Of a DNA stretch of 64,000 nt, positions 10,193 through 20,956 are shown in pieces. The position numbers and the translations under genes are program-made. The notes beneath the pieces were generated by a model that was not told where the DNA came from, did not search any database, and saw only the letters and a program-made list of their open reading frames with translations. The DNA lies in NCBI GenBank assembly GCA_963722825.1, contig CAVROI010000002.1, positions 634,463 to 698,462 of the forward strand, written 5' to 3'. This DNA comes from an uncultured Gemmatimonadales bacterium (GTDB lineage Bacteria > Gemmatimonadota > Gemmatimonadetes > Gemmatimonadales > GWC2-71-9). Position 1 is the first letter of the stretch. Each line of letters starts with the position of its first letter.

Positions 10193-11393
10193 GCTTGTCG
10201 CCATGAGCCGTGAATCGGAATTCTCACATGCAGAAGCCCATCGCTCGAAGCCCTTGGCCCATGGCTGGGTGCTCTACGCCGTTCTCATCTCTTCGGCATG
10301 CATTGTCGTCGGCTTGCTCTGGGATATTTCGTGGCACAGCACGATAGGGCGCGACACCTTCTGGAGCCCGCCGCACCTCCTCGAGCAGCTCGGGGCGGTG
10401 GTGGCCGGACTGAGCTGCGGGTGGCTCGTCCTCCGCATTACCTTCGGCGCCGCGGCGGGGCCGAGGCGGGCGTCGGTGCGCTTCTGGGGCTTCTCGGGGC
10501 CGCTCGGCGCATGGGTCGCCATCTGGGGGACCATGGTGATGATCGCGTCCGCGCCGTTCGACAACTGGTGGCACAACGCGTATGGGCTCGATGTCAAGAT
10601 CGTGAGCCCACCGCACATGGTACTCGCGATGGGGATGATCGCCATCCAACTCGGGGCCATGCTGATGGCGCTCGCCACCCAGAACCGCGCGAGCGACGCC
10701 TCGGAGGCGCGGGCGCTCGGCTGGGCCTACGCCATCTCCGGCGGCGTGCTCGTCACTATGGTAGCCACGGTGATCACCGAGTATGCGAGCCGGCCCAACC
10801 AGATGCACAATCCCCTCTTCTATCAAGTGGCCGGCGGTGTCTTTCCGGTCTTCCTGGCCGCGTTCGCGCGTTCGGGCCGGCTCCGCTTTCCGGCCACGAT
10901 TGCCGCGGCGATCTACATGGCCATTATCCTCGCGATGATCTGGATCCTCCAGCTGGTCCCGGCGCGCCCCAAGCTCGCGCCGATCTACAACGCCGTCACC
11001 CAAATGGTGCCGCCGCACTTCCCGTTGCTGCTCGTCATCCCCGCCCTCGGCATCGATCTGCTGCTCCGGCCTCGCGCCGGGCGGAGCGATTGGTGGCTCG
11101 CCGTCCTCGCGGGCGTCAGCTTCGTCGCGCTGCTCTTCGTGGTGCAGTGGTTCGTCGGCGAGTTTCTCCTCACCCCCGCCGCGCGTAATTTTTTCTTCGG
11201 CGCCGACCAGTGGCCCTACTTCATCAAGCCAGGGGCCTGGCAGTATCGCTTCTGGGGCGTGCCGAAGGACGCCACGGGCAACACCAACCTGCCCGCCATC
11301 GCGACGGGACTGGGAGTCGCGGCGCTCATCGGCGTCGGATCCGCCCGCCTCGGGATCTGGTGGGGGAACGGCATGTCGCGGGTAATGAGGTGA
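10182..11393 (+). CDS. polytopic integral membrane protein, unknown function
   Basis: 403-aa ORF with about 10 hydrophobic segments. It ends in a TGA that overlaps the GTG of the next gene (GTGA at 11390-11393). Confidence 0.65.
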   Translation: MGLELVAMSRESEFSHAEAHRSKPLAHGWVLYAVLISSACIVVGLLWDISWHSTIGRDTFWSPPHLLEQLGAVVAGLSCGWLVLRITFGAAAGPRRASVRFWGFSGPLGAWVAIWGTMVMIASAPFDNWWHNAYGLDVKIVSPPHMVLAMGMIAIQLGAMLMALATQNRASDASEARALGWAYAISGGVLVTMVATVITEYASRPNQMHNPLFYQVAGGVFPVFLAAFARSGRLRFPATIAAAIYMAIILAMIWILQLVPARPKLAPIYNAVTQMVPPHFPLLLVIPALGIDLLLRPRAGRSDWWLAVLAGVSFVALLFVVQWFVGEFLLTPAARNFFFGADQWPYFIKPGAWQYRFWGVPKDATGNTNLPAIATGLGVAALIGVGSARLGIWWGNGMSRVMR

Positions 11394-12832
11394 GATCGTC
11401 ACGGCTCAGGCTGGCTGGTCTCGCGTCACTGATGGTGCTCGGCGTGGCCCATGTCGGCAGCCCCGACGTCTGGTACGAGGGTGAAGCGGGCCCGTACCAC
11501 ATCCTCGTCTACATCCGCGTCCCCGGCGTGATTCCCGGAATCGCCGACATCAACGTGCGCGTTGCGTCCGAGACGCCACGACGGGTCACGGCGGTGGTGA
11601 ACCTGTTCAACGCCACGGCCGGCACTCCACCCCCCGATATCGCGACGCCGACCGGATCCAGCGGCTGGTACGAGACCCGGCTCTGGATCATGGCCCCGGG
11701 ATCGAATAGCGTGACCCTCACGGTTGATGGCACCCGGGGCGTGGGGACCGTGGTCGTTCCCGTCGCGGCGGTGGCCAATCGGCGGCTGGCCCTCGATCGG
11801 CCGCTCGGCCTGACCCTCGCCGGGGTCGGTGTCTTCCTCTTTGCGGGGATGATCACGATCGCCGGCGCCGCCGTGCGGGAGGGCGTTCTGCCGCCGGGCG
11901 AGCTGCCGGGCGCGGCGCGAGTGCGATCCGCACGATGGGTGATGGCTGGGAGCGCCGTGTTCTTCGGGTCACTCTTCTATGGCGGCAAGACATGGTGGGA
12001 CGGGGAAGACCGGGCATTCCGCGAGCGGATGTATCGCCCATTCAGCACCGTCGCCTCGGTGAGCGACTCGGGCAGGGCCGGCGTCTTCCACCTCGACATC
12101 ACCGACTCGACGTGGTTGATGCGCGGCGACTCGGCGTGGCTCCGCGAGCGCAATCTCGAGGCCTGGACCCCGCTCGTGCTCGACCACGGGAGGCTGATGC
12201 ACCTCTTTCTCATACGAGAAGACATGGGAGCGTTCGCGCACCTTCATCCCGTAACCGGCGATTCGGTGCATTTCATCGACACTCTTCCGGCCCTCCCGAC
12301 TGGCCGATACCGCGTCTTCGGCGATATCGTGCACGCGAGCGGGTTCGCGAAGACGCTCGTGGCGACGGTGGACGTGCCCGGGCCTGCATCGGACAGCGCG
12401 GTCCCGTCCGGTGACGACGGAGTCTATGTCGGCGGTGGCAATGCCGGCCTCGATACGCTCCCGGACGGAGCGACAGTCGGCTGGCGTCGTGCGGCGTTGC
12501 CGCTGCTCGAGGGACGGCCGGCGATGTTGAGCTTCGACCTCCGGGAACCTGGTGGCTCGCCCGCGCGCCTCGAGCCCTACCTCGGCATGGCCGCGCACGG
12601 CGTGGTGGCGCGGGACGACGGGAAGGTCTTCGTCCATCTGCATCCCATGGGAACGGTGGCCGCCTCGCAGTCGACGTTCGCCATGCCTCCCATGCCCTCG
12701 AACGGGCGGGTGACGTTTCCCTACGCCTTCCCCCGTCCGGGACACTACAGAATCTGGGTGCAGGTCAAGCGGAAGGGAGTCGTGGAGACGGCGGCCTTCG
12801 ACGCCAACGTCGGAGCCGTGGTCACAAAGTAA
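11390..12832 (+). CDS. secreted protein with two HLHP-containing repeat modules, unknown function
   Basis: The GTG at 11390 gives [25 protein letters not shown] (signal-like). Two similar modules are present: FAHLHPVTGDSVHF...GRYRVFGDIV and FVHLHPMGTVA...GHYRIWVQVK. The track ORF start (11210) lies inside the upstream gene. Confidence 0.6.
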   Translation: MRSSRLRLAGLASLMVLGVAHVGSPDVWYEGEAGPYHILVYIRVPGVIPGIADINVRVASETPRRVTAVVNLFNATAGTPPPDIATPTGSSGWYETRLWIMAPGSNSVTLTVDGTRGVGTVVVPVAAVANRRLALDRPLGLTLAGVGVFLFAGMITIAGAAVREGVLPPGELPGAARVRSARWVMAGSAVFFGSLFYGGKTWWDGEDRAFRERMYRPFSTVASVSDSGRAGVFHLDITDSTWLMRGDSAWLRERNLEAWTPLVLDHGRLMHLFLIREDMGAFAHLHPVTGDSVHFIDTLPALPTGRYRVFGDIVHASGFAKTLVATVDVPGPASDSAVPSGDDGVYVGGGNAGLDTLPDGATVGWRRAALPLLEGRPAMLSFDLREPGGSPARLEPYLGMAAHGVVARDDGKVFVHLHPMGTVAASQSTFAMPPMPSNGRVTFPYAFPRPGHYRIWVQVKRKGVVETAAFDANVGAVVTK

Positions 12833-12917
12833 AAGGGCGGTTGTCCTCGAGGGGTCGTCAGGGTTAGGTTAGGTGGGCAAGGCGGGGTAGCGCACCCCCA
12901 CAGTCGACTCGCATGCA

Positions 12918-12950
12918 GGGGCTGGCTCACCGCCGGCCCCTTCTTTTTTT
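12918..12950 (+). terminator. intrinsic terminator candidate downstream of the 11390-12832 gene
   Basis: GGGGCTGG (12918-12925) pairs with CCGGCCCC (12933-12940), including one G.U pair, over a 7-nt loop. It is followed by TTCTTTTTTT (12941-12950). Confidence 0.7.
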
Positions 12951-12968
12951 CGCCACACCGGAGCAATC

Positions 12969-13847
12969 ATGATCCTCCTCGCCCTTGCCCTCCTGGGGTC
13001 GGCCGACAGCGCCGTCATTCGAAACATTCAGGTAGGGCCCGGAGAGACGATCCGGACAACCACCATCGGCACGGGCGAGCCGCTCGTCCTCATCCCCGGA
13101 ATCTTCGGGGCGGCCTTCGGTTACCGGATGATCACCGGTCCGCTGGTGGCACGTGGGTACCAGTGCATCATCGTCGAGCCGCTCGGATACGGCTGGTCTT
13201 CTCATCCCGCCAATGCCGACTACTCGTTCGGAGCGCAGACGAGCCGAGTGGCGCGGGCGCTCGACAGCCTGGGAGTCACGCGGGCGCTCTTCGTCGCCCA
13301 ATCGAGCGGTTCCGCCATCGCCTTCCGGCTCGCCGTCGTCCGGCCCACGCTGGTGCGCGCTCTGCTTTCGATCGACGGCGGCCCCGCGGAAAGCGCCTCC
13401 ACTCCAGGTATGCGAAAGGCGTTCAAGTTCGGCGGCTTCCTGGCGAAGATGGCGGTGGACGAGGAGAAGCTGCGGCATGATGTGCGGAAGGAGATCGTCC
13501 GCAACTCCGGCGACAGTACCTGGGTGACTGATGCCGTGGTCAGAGGCTATACCGCCGGCCAGACGGCCGATATGCACGGATCGATCGACGCGTTCCAGCG
13601 GATGTCCAAGTCCAAGGAAACCGGGTCCCTCGCCGACCGACTCCATGAATGCGTGGCGCCCGTGCGGCTCCTGGTGGGAACGGTGCGGCATCCGAGCGAG
13701 ATACCCGCCGACCAGCGGGAGCTTCTGCAGGAGAAGCTGCCGAATTTCGAGACCGACAGCGTTCCAGGCTCCGGCCAGTATATCCATGAGGAGCAGCCGG
13801 CCGCTGTCGTCGAAGCGGTGTCACGCCTCGACGCGGCGGCGAGTTGA
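12969..13847 (+). CDS. alpha/beta-fold hydrolase
   Basis: PLVLIPGIFG oxyanion region, nucleophile elbow VAQSSGS, and a C-terminal GSGQYIHEEQP (His region). Confidence 0.75.
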   Translation: MILLALALLGSADSAVIRNIQVGPGETIRTTTIGTGEPLVLIPGIFGAAFGYRMITGPLVARGYQCIIVEPLGYGWSSHPANADYSFGAQTSRVARALDSLGVTRALFVAQSSGSAIAFRLAVVRPTLVRALLSIDGGPAESASTPGMRKAFKFGGFLAKMAVDEEKLRHDVRKEIVRNSGDSTWVTDAVVRGYTAGQTADMHGSIDAFQRMSKSKETGSLADRLHECVAPVRLLVGTVRHPSEIPADQRELLQEKLPNFETDSVPGSGQYIHEEQPAAVVEAVSRLDAAAS

Positions 13848-13860
13848 GCAGTCGCGCGCG

Positions 13861-14604
13861 CTAATGGTGCCCGGCAGTCACCCGCTCCTCGGCGGTGACC
13901 CGGGCCAGCTCGGCATGATCGGTCAGGTCGAGCCGCAGGGGAGTGAGTGCCACGTAGCCTTCCCGCACCGCCCACCGATCGGTTCCCTCCTCGGTCTCCT
14001 CGATCGCACGGACCGTCAGCCAGAAGTGCTTCCGCCCCATCGGGTCTTCTCCTGGTACAACTTCGCCATCATACTGGCGCACCGCCTGCCGCGTCCATCG
14101 AAGCCCGCGCGGGTCCCGCGGCAGGTTCACATTCACCAGTTTGAGTGAGTCGTCGGGGAGGAGGGTCTCGAGCGTTCTGCGGACCCACGGCGCCAGTTTG
14201 TCGAACGCCGGCTCGGTGCGGCCGGCTGGTGTGCTGAGGGCGATGCCGCGGAGCCCCAGCAGGGCCGCCTGCTTGGCGCCGGCGAGGGTGCCCGAGTGCC
14301 ACACGGAGTTGCCGAGGTTCGAGCCGAGATTGATCCCCGACAGCACGAGATCGACATGCTTCCAGTTGTACGCGCCGAGCGCGACGCAATCGGCGGGCGT
14401 GCCGTTCACCCGGTACGCCTCGAAGTCTCCGAGGGTCGTCGTCTTGACCGAGAGGGGCCGCGTGGCGGTGATGGCGTGGCCCATCGAGGACTGCTCCACG
14501 TCCGGCGCGACCAGTCGTACGTCACCGAAGTGGGCTGCCGCCTTTGCGAGCGCGGCGATACCGGGGCTATAGATTCCATCATCGTTCGTGATGAGTATTC
14601 GCAT
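13861..14604 (-). CDS. surE: 5'/3'-nucleotidase SurE
   Basis: MRILITNDDGIYSPGI N-terminal signature. GGAGG lies upstream of the ATG at 14604; the track ORF starts 5 codons earlier. Confidence 0.9.
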   Translation of the reverse strand: MRILITNDDGIYSPGIAALAKAAAHFGDVRLVAPDVEQSSMGHAITATRPLSVKTTTLGDFEAYRVNGTPADCVALGAYNWKHVDLVLSGINLGSNLGNSVWHSGTLAGAKQAALLGLRGIALSTPAGRTEPAFDKLAPWVRRTLETLLPDDSLKLVNVNLPRDPRGLRWTRQAVRQYDGEVVPGEDPMGRKHFWLTVRAIEETEEGTDRWAVREGYVALTPLRLDLTDHAELARVTAEERVTAGHH

Positions 14605-14642
14605 CTCACCTCCGATCATCCACCGACTGATTCGATTCCAGC

Positions 14643-15548
14643 ATGCATGTGACTCTGCTGCACAACCCGAAAGCCGGCGATGGAGACTTGGGGCGCGAGG
14701 CCCTCGTCGGCGCGCTCATGGCCGCGGGGCACGTGGCCACGTACCGGTCCACCCGCGACCTGGGCTTTGAGAAGGCCCTCGACAATCCGGGAGACGTGGT
14801 GCTGGTGGCGGGCGGAGATGGCACGGTGAGGAAGGTGGCCGGGTATCTCATCGGACGCGGCATTCCCATCGCGCTGCTCCCCCTGGGCACGGCGAACAAC
14901 ATTTCCAAGACTCTCCATCTCGGCGCGTCGGTCGAGGCGGTGATTTCGCGGATCGCCACGGCGCCGCGCGTCAGGTTCGACGCCGGCATCGCGAAAGGGG
15001 CGTGGGGCCAGACCCACTTTCTGGAAGGCGTCGGCGTCGGGGTCTTCCCGGTGACGATGGGCCTGACGGCGACGCGGGTCGATAATCGCGAGTCCCGCAC
15101 CAACCATCACGATCGCGGCATCACCCGGGACCTTCGATATCTCAGCACGGTGCTCGGCCGGATGAAGCCGCAGACGTGGCAGATCGAGGCCGACGGAAAG
15201 GATCTCTCGGGGGAGTACTACCTCTGCGAGGCAATGAACATCCGGAGCCTCGGGCCCAACCTGCAGCTCGCCCCCGAGGCGGACCCTTCGGACGGCTACC
15301 TCGACCTGGTGCTCATGACCGAGAACGAGCGTCCCAGGCTGCAGCACTATCTCTCGGCGCGCGTTGCCGGACACGACGCGAAGCTTTTTCTTCCGACCCA
15401 CCGCGTCAAGCGGCTCACCATCGTCGCGGCCGGCGCCGACGTGCACATCGACGACCGCATCGAGCGCCCTCACGAGAAGCCCTCCGCGGTGGGAGGGCAC
15501 GTGGAACTCGGCCTGCTCGAGGGCGCGATCGAGTTTCTCGCCGTCTGA
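14643..15548 (+). CDS. diacylglycerol/lipid kinase family protein (YegS/BmrU-like)
   Basis: DAGK catalytic-domain pattern: HNPKAG...VVLVAGGDGTVRKVA...LPLGTANN. Confidence 0.8.
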   Translation: MHVTLLHNPKAGDGDLGREALVGALMAAGHVATYRSTRDLGFEKALDNPGDVVLVAGGDGTVRKVAGYLIGRGIPIALLPLGTANNISKTLHLGASVEAVISRIATAPRVRFDAGIAKGAWGQTHFLEGVGVGVFPVTMGLTATRVDNRESRTNHHDRGITRDLRYLSTVLGRMKPQTWQIEADGKDLSGEYYLCEAMNIRSLGPNLQLAPEADPSDGYLDLVLMTENERPRLQHYLSARVAGHDAKLFLPTHRVKRLTIVAAGADVHIDDRIERPHEKPSAVGGHVELGLLEGAIEFLAV

Positions 15549-15558
15549 CGCTCCCCTG

Positions 15559-16227
15559 TCAGGTCGTGGGATTCAACCGCTTCTGAATCGCCATCGCCTG
15601 TTCCAGGTGACCGCGGATGACGGGTATTGCGTTCTGAATCAGCTCCTTGACCTCCGGGGTCTGGGTGCTCACACGCGCCATATTGACCGCGTCGATCACC
15701 GCCTGATGCACGGTGACCTCGTTGTCGATGTAGGTCCGGTCGAAGTCCTCCCCCTTCTTCGCCTTCTGAAGCGCCGCCAACTCGGCCGCTGCGTATCCAG
15801 CGACCGGATCCTTGGCCGGGGGCTTCGGCGTGACGCCGAGCTTCTTGGCCAGCGCCTCACCGCTGACGCGAAGCTCGTGATGGTCCTTCTTCATCATGCT
15901 GGCGAAGGTCTTCACTTCGGGATCGGTGGCCTTCACGCCTGCCAGCACTCCGGCAGTGCTGTCGGCCTGGTTCGCACGGTCGAGCATGCCGAGGATCGTC
16001 TCATCGTTGAGACCGGCCTTGGGGGCTCCGTTCGAATCCGTGGACCCGCCGCTCTTGGCGGCCGAATCCGACGGGGCCGCGCTGCTTTCCGCGACCGTTC
16101 CGGTGTCTCGCGCGGCGCTCTCGGTCGCGCCGCCGCCGTTGGCTGGCCTGCCCTGACAGGCCCCAGCGGCCAGTGCGAGCATGAGAGACCACGCCAAGGC
16201 CGGTCGTCCCGTCGCGTCGATCTGCAT
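15559..16227 (-). CDS. DUF4142-family lipoprotein
   Basis: MQIDATGRPALAWSLMLALAAGAC (lipobox-like AGAC). C-terminal DFDRTYIDNEVTVHQAVID pattern recalled for DUF4142. GGAGGA lies upstream of the ATG at 16227. Confidence 0.7.
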   Translation of the reverse strand: MQIDATGRPALAWSLMLALAAGACQGRPANGGGATESAARDTGTVAESSAAPSDSAAKSGGSTDSNGAPKAGLNDETILGMLDRANQADSTAGVLAGVKATDPEVKTFASMMKKDHHELRVSGEALAKKLGVTPKPPAKDPVAGYAAAELAALQKAKKGEDFDRTYIDNEVTVHQAVIDAVNMARVSTQTPEVKELIQNAIPVIRGHLEQAMAIQKRLNPTT

Positions 16228-16407
16228 ATGGTCGTCCTCCATAAGGTGGCCAGGTTCCTTATCATACGTTGCCAATCTAGCATCGACGCGGCTGTGACTG
16301 CGGTCACCCGGCGCCCCATGCGTCTCCTCGTCTTGCCCCCGTCTCCCGCTGTTCACGCCAGGATCGAAGGTAGCCTTTCCGGCGCGCTTGGCTAGCAGGG
16401 CCGGCTT

Positions 16408-18914
16408 TCAGGCCATCTGCCCCGCCAGGCATTCCCGAACGGCCTTCACGACTCCATTCGGCGTGAAAGGCTTCTGAAGAAAAATCGCGTCGGGCGCAAG
16501 CAGCCCGCGTCGAACGATTTCGCTGTCGGTGTACCCGGAGGTAAAGAGCACCGGGGTGCCCGGCATCAATTCCGTGATGCTCGCGGCAAGTTCTCTTCCG
16601 CCGATTCCCGGCATGACGACGTCGGCGAGCACCAGCGCGACGCGATCGCCCCTCGCCGTCAGCATCTCGAGTGCTTGGCGGCCGCTCTCCGCCTCGCACA
16701 CACGGAACCCGGCGTCCTTGAGCGCGCGGCCCGCGATGCTCCGCACCTCGGCTTCATCTTCCACGATGAGAATGAGCTCTCCCGACCCTCGACCGTCTCC
16801 AGCCTCCCCTGAGATCATGGCTTCCGGAGATTCGGTTGAGAATGGGAGATGGATCTTGAATGTCGCTCCATGGCCAGGCTCGCTGATCGCCCAGATGTAG
16901 CCCCCGGACTGCTTGACGATTCCATACACCGTCGAGAGCCCAAGGCCGGTGCCCTGTCCGACCTCTTTGGTCGTGAAGAACGGGTCGAAGATATGGCTCA
17001 GTGTGTTCGGATCCATGCCGTGACCAGTGTCGCTCACGGCGAGCACCGCATACCGGCCGGGTTGTAGGGCGAGGCTCGCATCGAGCCCCGGCGGAGGCGC
17101 GGTGAGATCGGCGGCGAAGGTCTCTATCGTGAGGGCGCCGCCGCGCGGCATGGCGTCACGGGCGTTGAGGGCAAGGTTGAGGAATACCTGCTCGAGCTGG
17201 CCGGGATCGGCCTTCACCGGCCGAATGCTCTCGCTCAGCCGCAGCGTGACGGTGCAGTCTTCGCCCATGACCCGCCGCACCGCCGGCTCGAATCGTCTGA
17301 GCACGCCGTTCAGATCGATCACCTCCGGTTTCAACACCTGACGCCTGCTGAAGGCCAGGAGCTGCGCGGTGACCGCGGCCGTGCGCTCGGCCGCCCTCTG
17401 GATGTACTCCATGTCTGCTCTCACGGTCTCGGGCACGTCGTGGCGCCGCAAGACGAATTCAGCGGCACCGAGCACCACCGACATCTGGTTGTTGGCCTCG
17501 TGGGCCACGCCGCCAGCGAGCCGTCCAACCGACTCCATACGGTGTGCATGACGCAATTGCTCTTCCGTTGCCCGCCGTTCCGTCACGTCCATGCAGACAC
17601 CGCTCATCGCCACCGGGCCATCCGGCCCGGTGGCGATGATGCGTCCCTGGTCGGCGATCCAGCGGATCCGTCCATCGGGCAGCACGATCCTGAACTCGTA
17701 GTCGAGCCGGCCGCGATCGCTCATCGCGCGGCGGACAGTCCCTTCCACGAAGTCGCGATCCTCGGGGTGGACACGGGAAAGGAAGTCCTGGTAGGCGGCG
17801 ACCCGGTCGCCGGGGCCCAGGCCATAGAGGCGGCGGAGTGCCCCGTCCCATACCAGACGGTTGTCCGCCGCCGACCACGACCAGATCCCCATCCCGGCCG
17901 CGTCCAGGGCGACTTGGAGCTGTTCGTCGCGCTGCCGGATCGCCTCCGTAGCCGATTCGCGTTCACGAGACACCGCCGCGGCGAGCGCGAGTCCGGTGAT
18001 CGCTACCACGCCGAGGTACCAGGCCACGGCCACCAGAGTGCCCGCCGACGAGGGGCCCACAAAGGGCCCGGCCCCGCGCGTCGTGTGCCACACGGCGACG
18101 ATCGACACTGTCAACGTCGTGAGTGAAGCTCCGCGCGCGCCGAAACGAAGGGCGGCCCAGATGACGAATGGGAAGAGGAGATAGAGGTAGTCGACGTCGC
18201 CGAGGAGCGGGAGGCGCACGTCCTGGCCGATCGCGAGCTCCGCGACTCCGACGGTCCCGAGACAGAGAAGCGTGATCTCGAGCACGCCGCGCGGAATCCC
18301 GCGCATCTCACGCGACGCTCCCCAGGCAAGAAGCACCGGTGCGACGACGAGTGCACCGAGCAGATCTCCCGTCCACCAGACCGCGATGGCATGGGAGATC
18401 CCGTTGGCAGGAATCTCGCTCGCCATCCACAGCACGGTCGCGCCGACCGTGGCGCTCACCAGGGCCCCTGCCGGGGCGGCCGCGCAGACCAGCGCTCGCA
18501 CCGGCCGAGCGGCGCATCGAGGCGGAGATGCGGTCCTCCCAGGCGGCGGAGGAGAAAGGCGGCGATCAGACCTTCGAGGGTGTTTCCGGCGGCGATGCCC
18601 GCCGCGGCCAGGAGCGGCACCGGAGTGGCGGCATTCGCGAGGAAGGCGCCGAGTGCGATGCCCGGCCAGTACCTGTACCCTAGAATGGCGAGGGCGGCGA
18701 TGGCGATGCCGGTGGGTGGCCAGACCAGCGAAACACTATGGCCGATCGATGCGTAACGCAGTCCCACGCGCGCCATGAGGGTGTAGACGGCGGCAAGCGT
18801 GATGACGGTAAGTAGATACGTGAGCGCAGGTGCTGAACGACTCGCGGCTCTGGGCAGAATTTCGACCCTTGAACGGGTTGACCGATACAAGGCGCCTGTA
18901 TGCAGATAGTACAC
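16408..18914 (-). pseudogene. MASE1-PAS hybrid sensor histidine kinase / response regulator; reading frame broken once near 18500
   Basis: ORF 18456-18914 encodes the first MASE1 helices. ORF 16408-18501, in a different frame, continues MASE1 and then has PAS, an H-box (GGVAHEANNQMSVVLG), HATPase (GTGLGLS) and REC (LILIVEDE...LADVVMPG). The two frames join at ...RLDAPLGR / VRALVCAAAPAG with a 1-nt offset. Confidence 0.75.
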
Positions 18915-19111
18915 CGGCGACGGCGGGAAGCAACGGCCTCGCCCAGCCCCCGGCCTGGGCTAGCCTGACCGGCGCTCGGCTCGTAAAATCCAACCGTCCC
19001 TATGAAACTGCCTGGCTATAACGGCTGACCGGGGACCAGAGTACGGCCACCTTGCGTTTCCGACAATTTCGTGACATCGCATTCGGAAACTGGCGATCCG
19101 CCTGACGCCGG

Positions 19112-20929
19112 TCATCTGTTCCGCGTCGCGGGTTTGATCATCGGGCCCAGCACCTTCAGGATCTCCTCGCAGAAGCGACGGTCGAGCGGATGAGGCGGCG
19201 CGAGGCGAGACTGCGCCTGCGCGTCCTTTCCATATGGGTCTCCCCGGAAGTTGACTCCTCCGTCCCGCATGTACGCCGTCAGATACAGAATGTAGACCGG
19301 CACTTTCTGCTTCAGGCGCACGGTGGGGCCTGGCAGCGAATCCCCGACAGGCAGCTGCGAATCCGCCATTCCCACCAGCCGTGCCATGGTATCCGGCGGC
19401 ATCATCGCCGCTCGGATGGTCGAGTCGTTCCAGCCGTCCTGGCCGGCCAGAAGGAAGTCCGCGAGCTCGACCGGGCGCTGCACCCGCACGCACCCGTGAC
19501 TCAGCGTTCGGTGCGGCTGCTGAAAGAGCCAGGCCGCTGGCGTATCGTGCAGGTAAACGGAAAATTGATTGGGGAACATGAATTTCACGCGGCCGAGCGG
19601 GTTGGCGGAGCCCGATTTCTGTCGCACGTGAAAGCCCGGTTTGGCCGTGTCCACCGCCCACCAGTCGATCGTCGCCGGATCGATCACTCTGAACGGCCGC
19701 TTGGACCGCACCACCTCGAAGCCGTGATCGGCCAAGTACGGGATGTTTCCCCGGGCCTGTGGAATGACCTCATCCACCAGGATCCGCCGCGGCACGTACC
19801 ACTGTGGACGAAAGACGATATAGCTCATCGAGTCGGCAAAGACCGGAGTGGCGTTGTCGTATTCCTGTCCGACGATCACGCGCATGTTCAGTACCGGCTT
19901 CCCTTCGTCGAACGCGAACAGGTGATAGTCGGGAATGTTGACGATGACGTACTTGCTGCCGAACGTCGGAGGGAGCCATCGATAGCGCTCGAGATTGATC
20001 TCGATCTGCCGGATCCAGTACTCCACGGGCGTGTTGAGCGCCAGCAGCGTCTGTGGAGTCACGGTGCTGTCCACCGCGATGCCGTGTCGCAGCTGGAAGC
20101 GGGCGACGCCTCCGGCCACGGCATCGTCGTAGACGGGCCTGGCGCCGGACCGCCCGGGGAGATCGCCACCGATCTCGAGTCGGCGGCGGAGCGCGGCGAT
20201 GGCAGGCCCCCGGCTGCCCCGCTTCAATACGACGTTGCCCGGCACCCTGGGCCAGCCGCCCTTCTCTTGAATCGTCCGGTAGACGGCGAGGGCCTTGGCC
20301 AGCTCGTCGTAATCCGCCCGCTTCGGTCGCAGTATCGATGTCATACCCGCGAAATCTCCGCCACGAGCGGCGAGCCGGAGAACACTGTCGGCGCCGGAGC
20401 GGCGCGCGGTGATGAACCAGCCGCTGTCCACTGCCGCCGGGGCCAGTCGGCCCACCAGGAGATCCGCGCCGTAGTTGACGAATCGCGACGTGAGCTCGAG
20501 GTCGAAGGTGGCGAGGGCGCCGGGAGTCTCCCGTTCCGATCCTGCGAATGTTCGCTCAATAGCCTTCTTCAGGCTCGCGATCCCGTAATCGCCAGGACGC
20601 AGTCCGTCGCGCTCCGCTCCGCAGAGCGCGATGATGAGCTGTCGAGCGTCCTCTCGCGGCCTTCCATCGGTGGTCCAGAGCGGCTGGAAATCACGGTCGG
20701 CGTAAATCTGCCGCACCACGTTCCAGCGGTCGCTCCGGAGGTTCGGCGGCTGTCTCGGTGCCGACAAGACTTCGTGAATCTCGTTGCCCACGGCGCGGTC
20801 CTTCCGCTGGCAGGAAGCAAGGCCGAGGGCGATTCCGATGAGCGCGACACTTCGCAAGGCGCCACGACGAACCGTTGCGATCACTATGGGTGCGCCTCCA
20901 CGTTGCCGACTCTGCGGGGGAACCTTCAA
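19112..20929 (-). CDS. L,D-transpeptidase (YcbB/LdtD-like) lipoprotein with a peptidoglycan-binding domain
   Basis: YkuD catalytic motif LHDTP...SHGCVRV. PG-binding-like GVARFQLRHGIAVDSTVTPQTLLALN. N-terminal IGIALGLASC lipobox. Confidence 0.85.
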   Translation of the reverse strand: MKVPPQSRQRGGAPIVIATVRRGALRSVALIGIALGLASCQRKDRAVGNEIHEVLSAPRQPPNLRSDRWNVVRQIYADRDFQPLWTTDGRPREDARQLIIALCGAERDGLRPGDYGIASLKKAIERTFAGSERETPGALATFDLELTSRFVNYGADLLVGRLAPAAVDSGWFITARRSGADSVLRLAARGGDFAGMTSILRPKRADYDELAKALAVYRTIQEKGGWPRVPGNVVLKRGSRGPAIAALRRRLEIGGDLPGRSGARPVYDDAVAGGVARFQLRHGIAVDSTVTPQTLLALNTPVEYWIRQIEINLERYRWLPPTFGSKYVIVNIPDYHLFAFDEGKPVLNMRVIVGQEYDNATPVFADSMSYIVFRPQWYVPRRILVDEVIPQARGNIPYLADHGFEVVRSKRPFRVIDPATIDWWAVDTAKPGFHVRQKSGSANPLGRVKFMFPNQFSVYLHDTPAAWLFQQPHRTLSHGCVRVQRPVELADFLLAGQDGWNDSTIRAAMMPPDTMARLVGMADSQLPVGDSLPGPTVRLKQKVPVYILYLTAYMRDGGVNFRGDPYGKDAQAQSRLAPPHPLDRRFCEEILKVLGPMIKPATRNR

Positions 20930-20956
20930 GCGGGAACCACGCTCTCCGCTCGCGCA

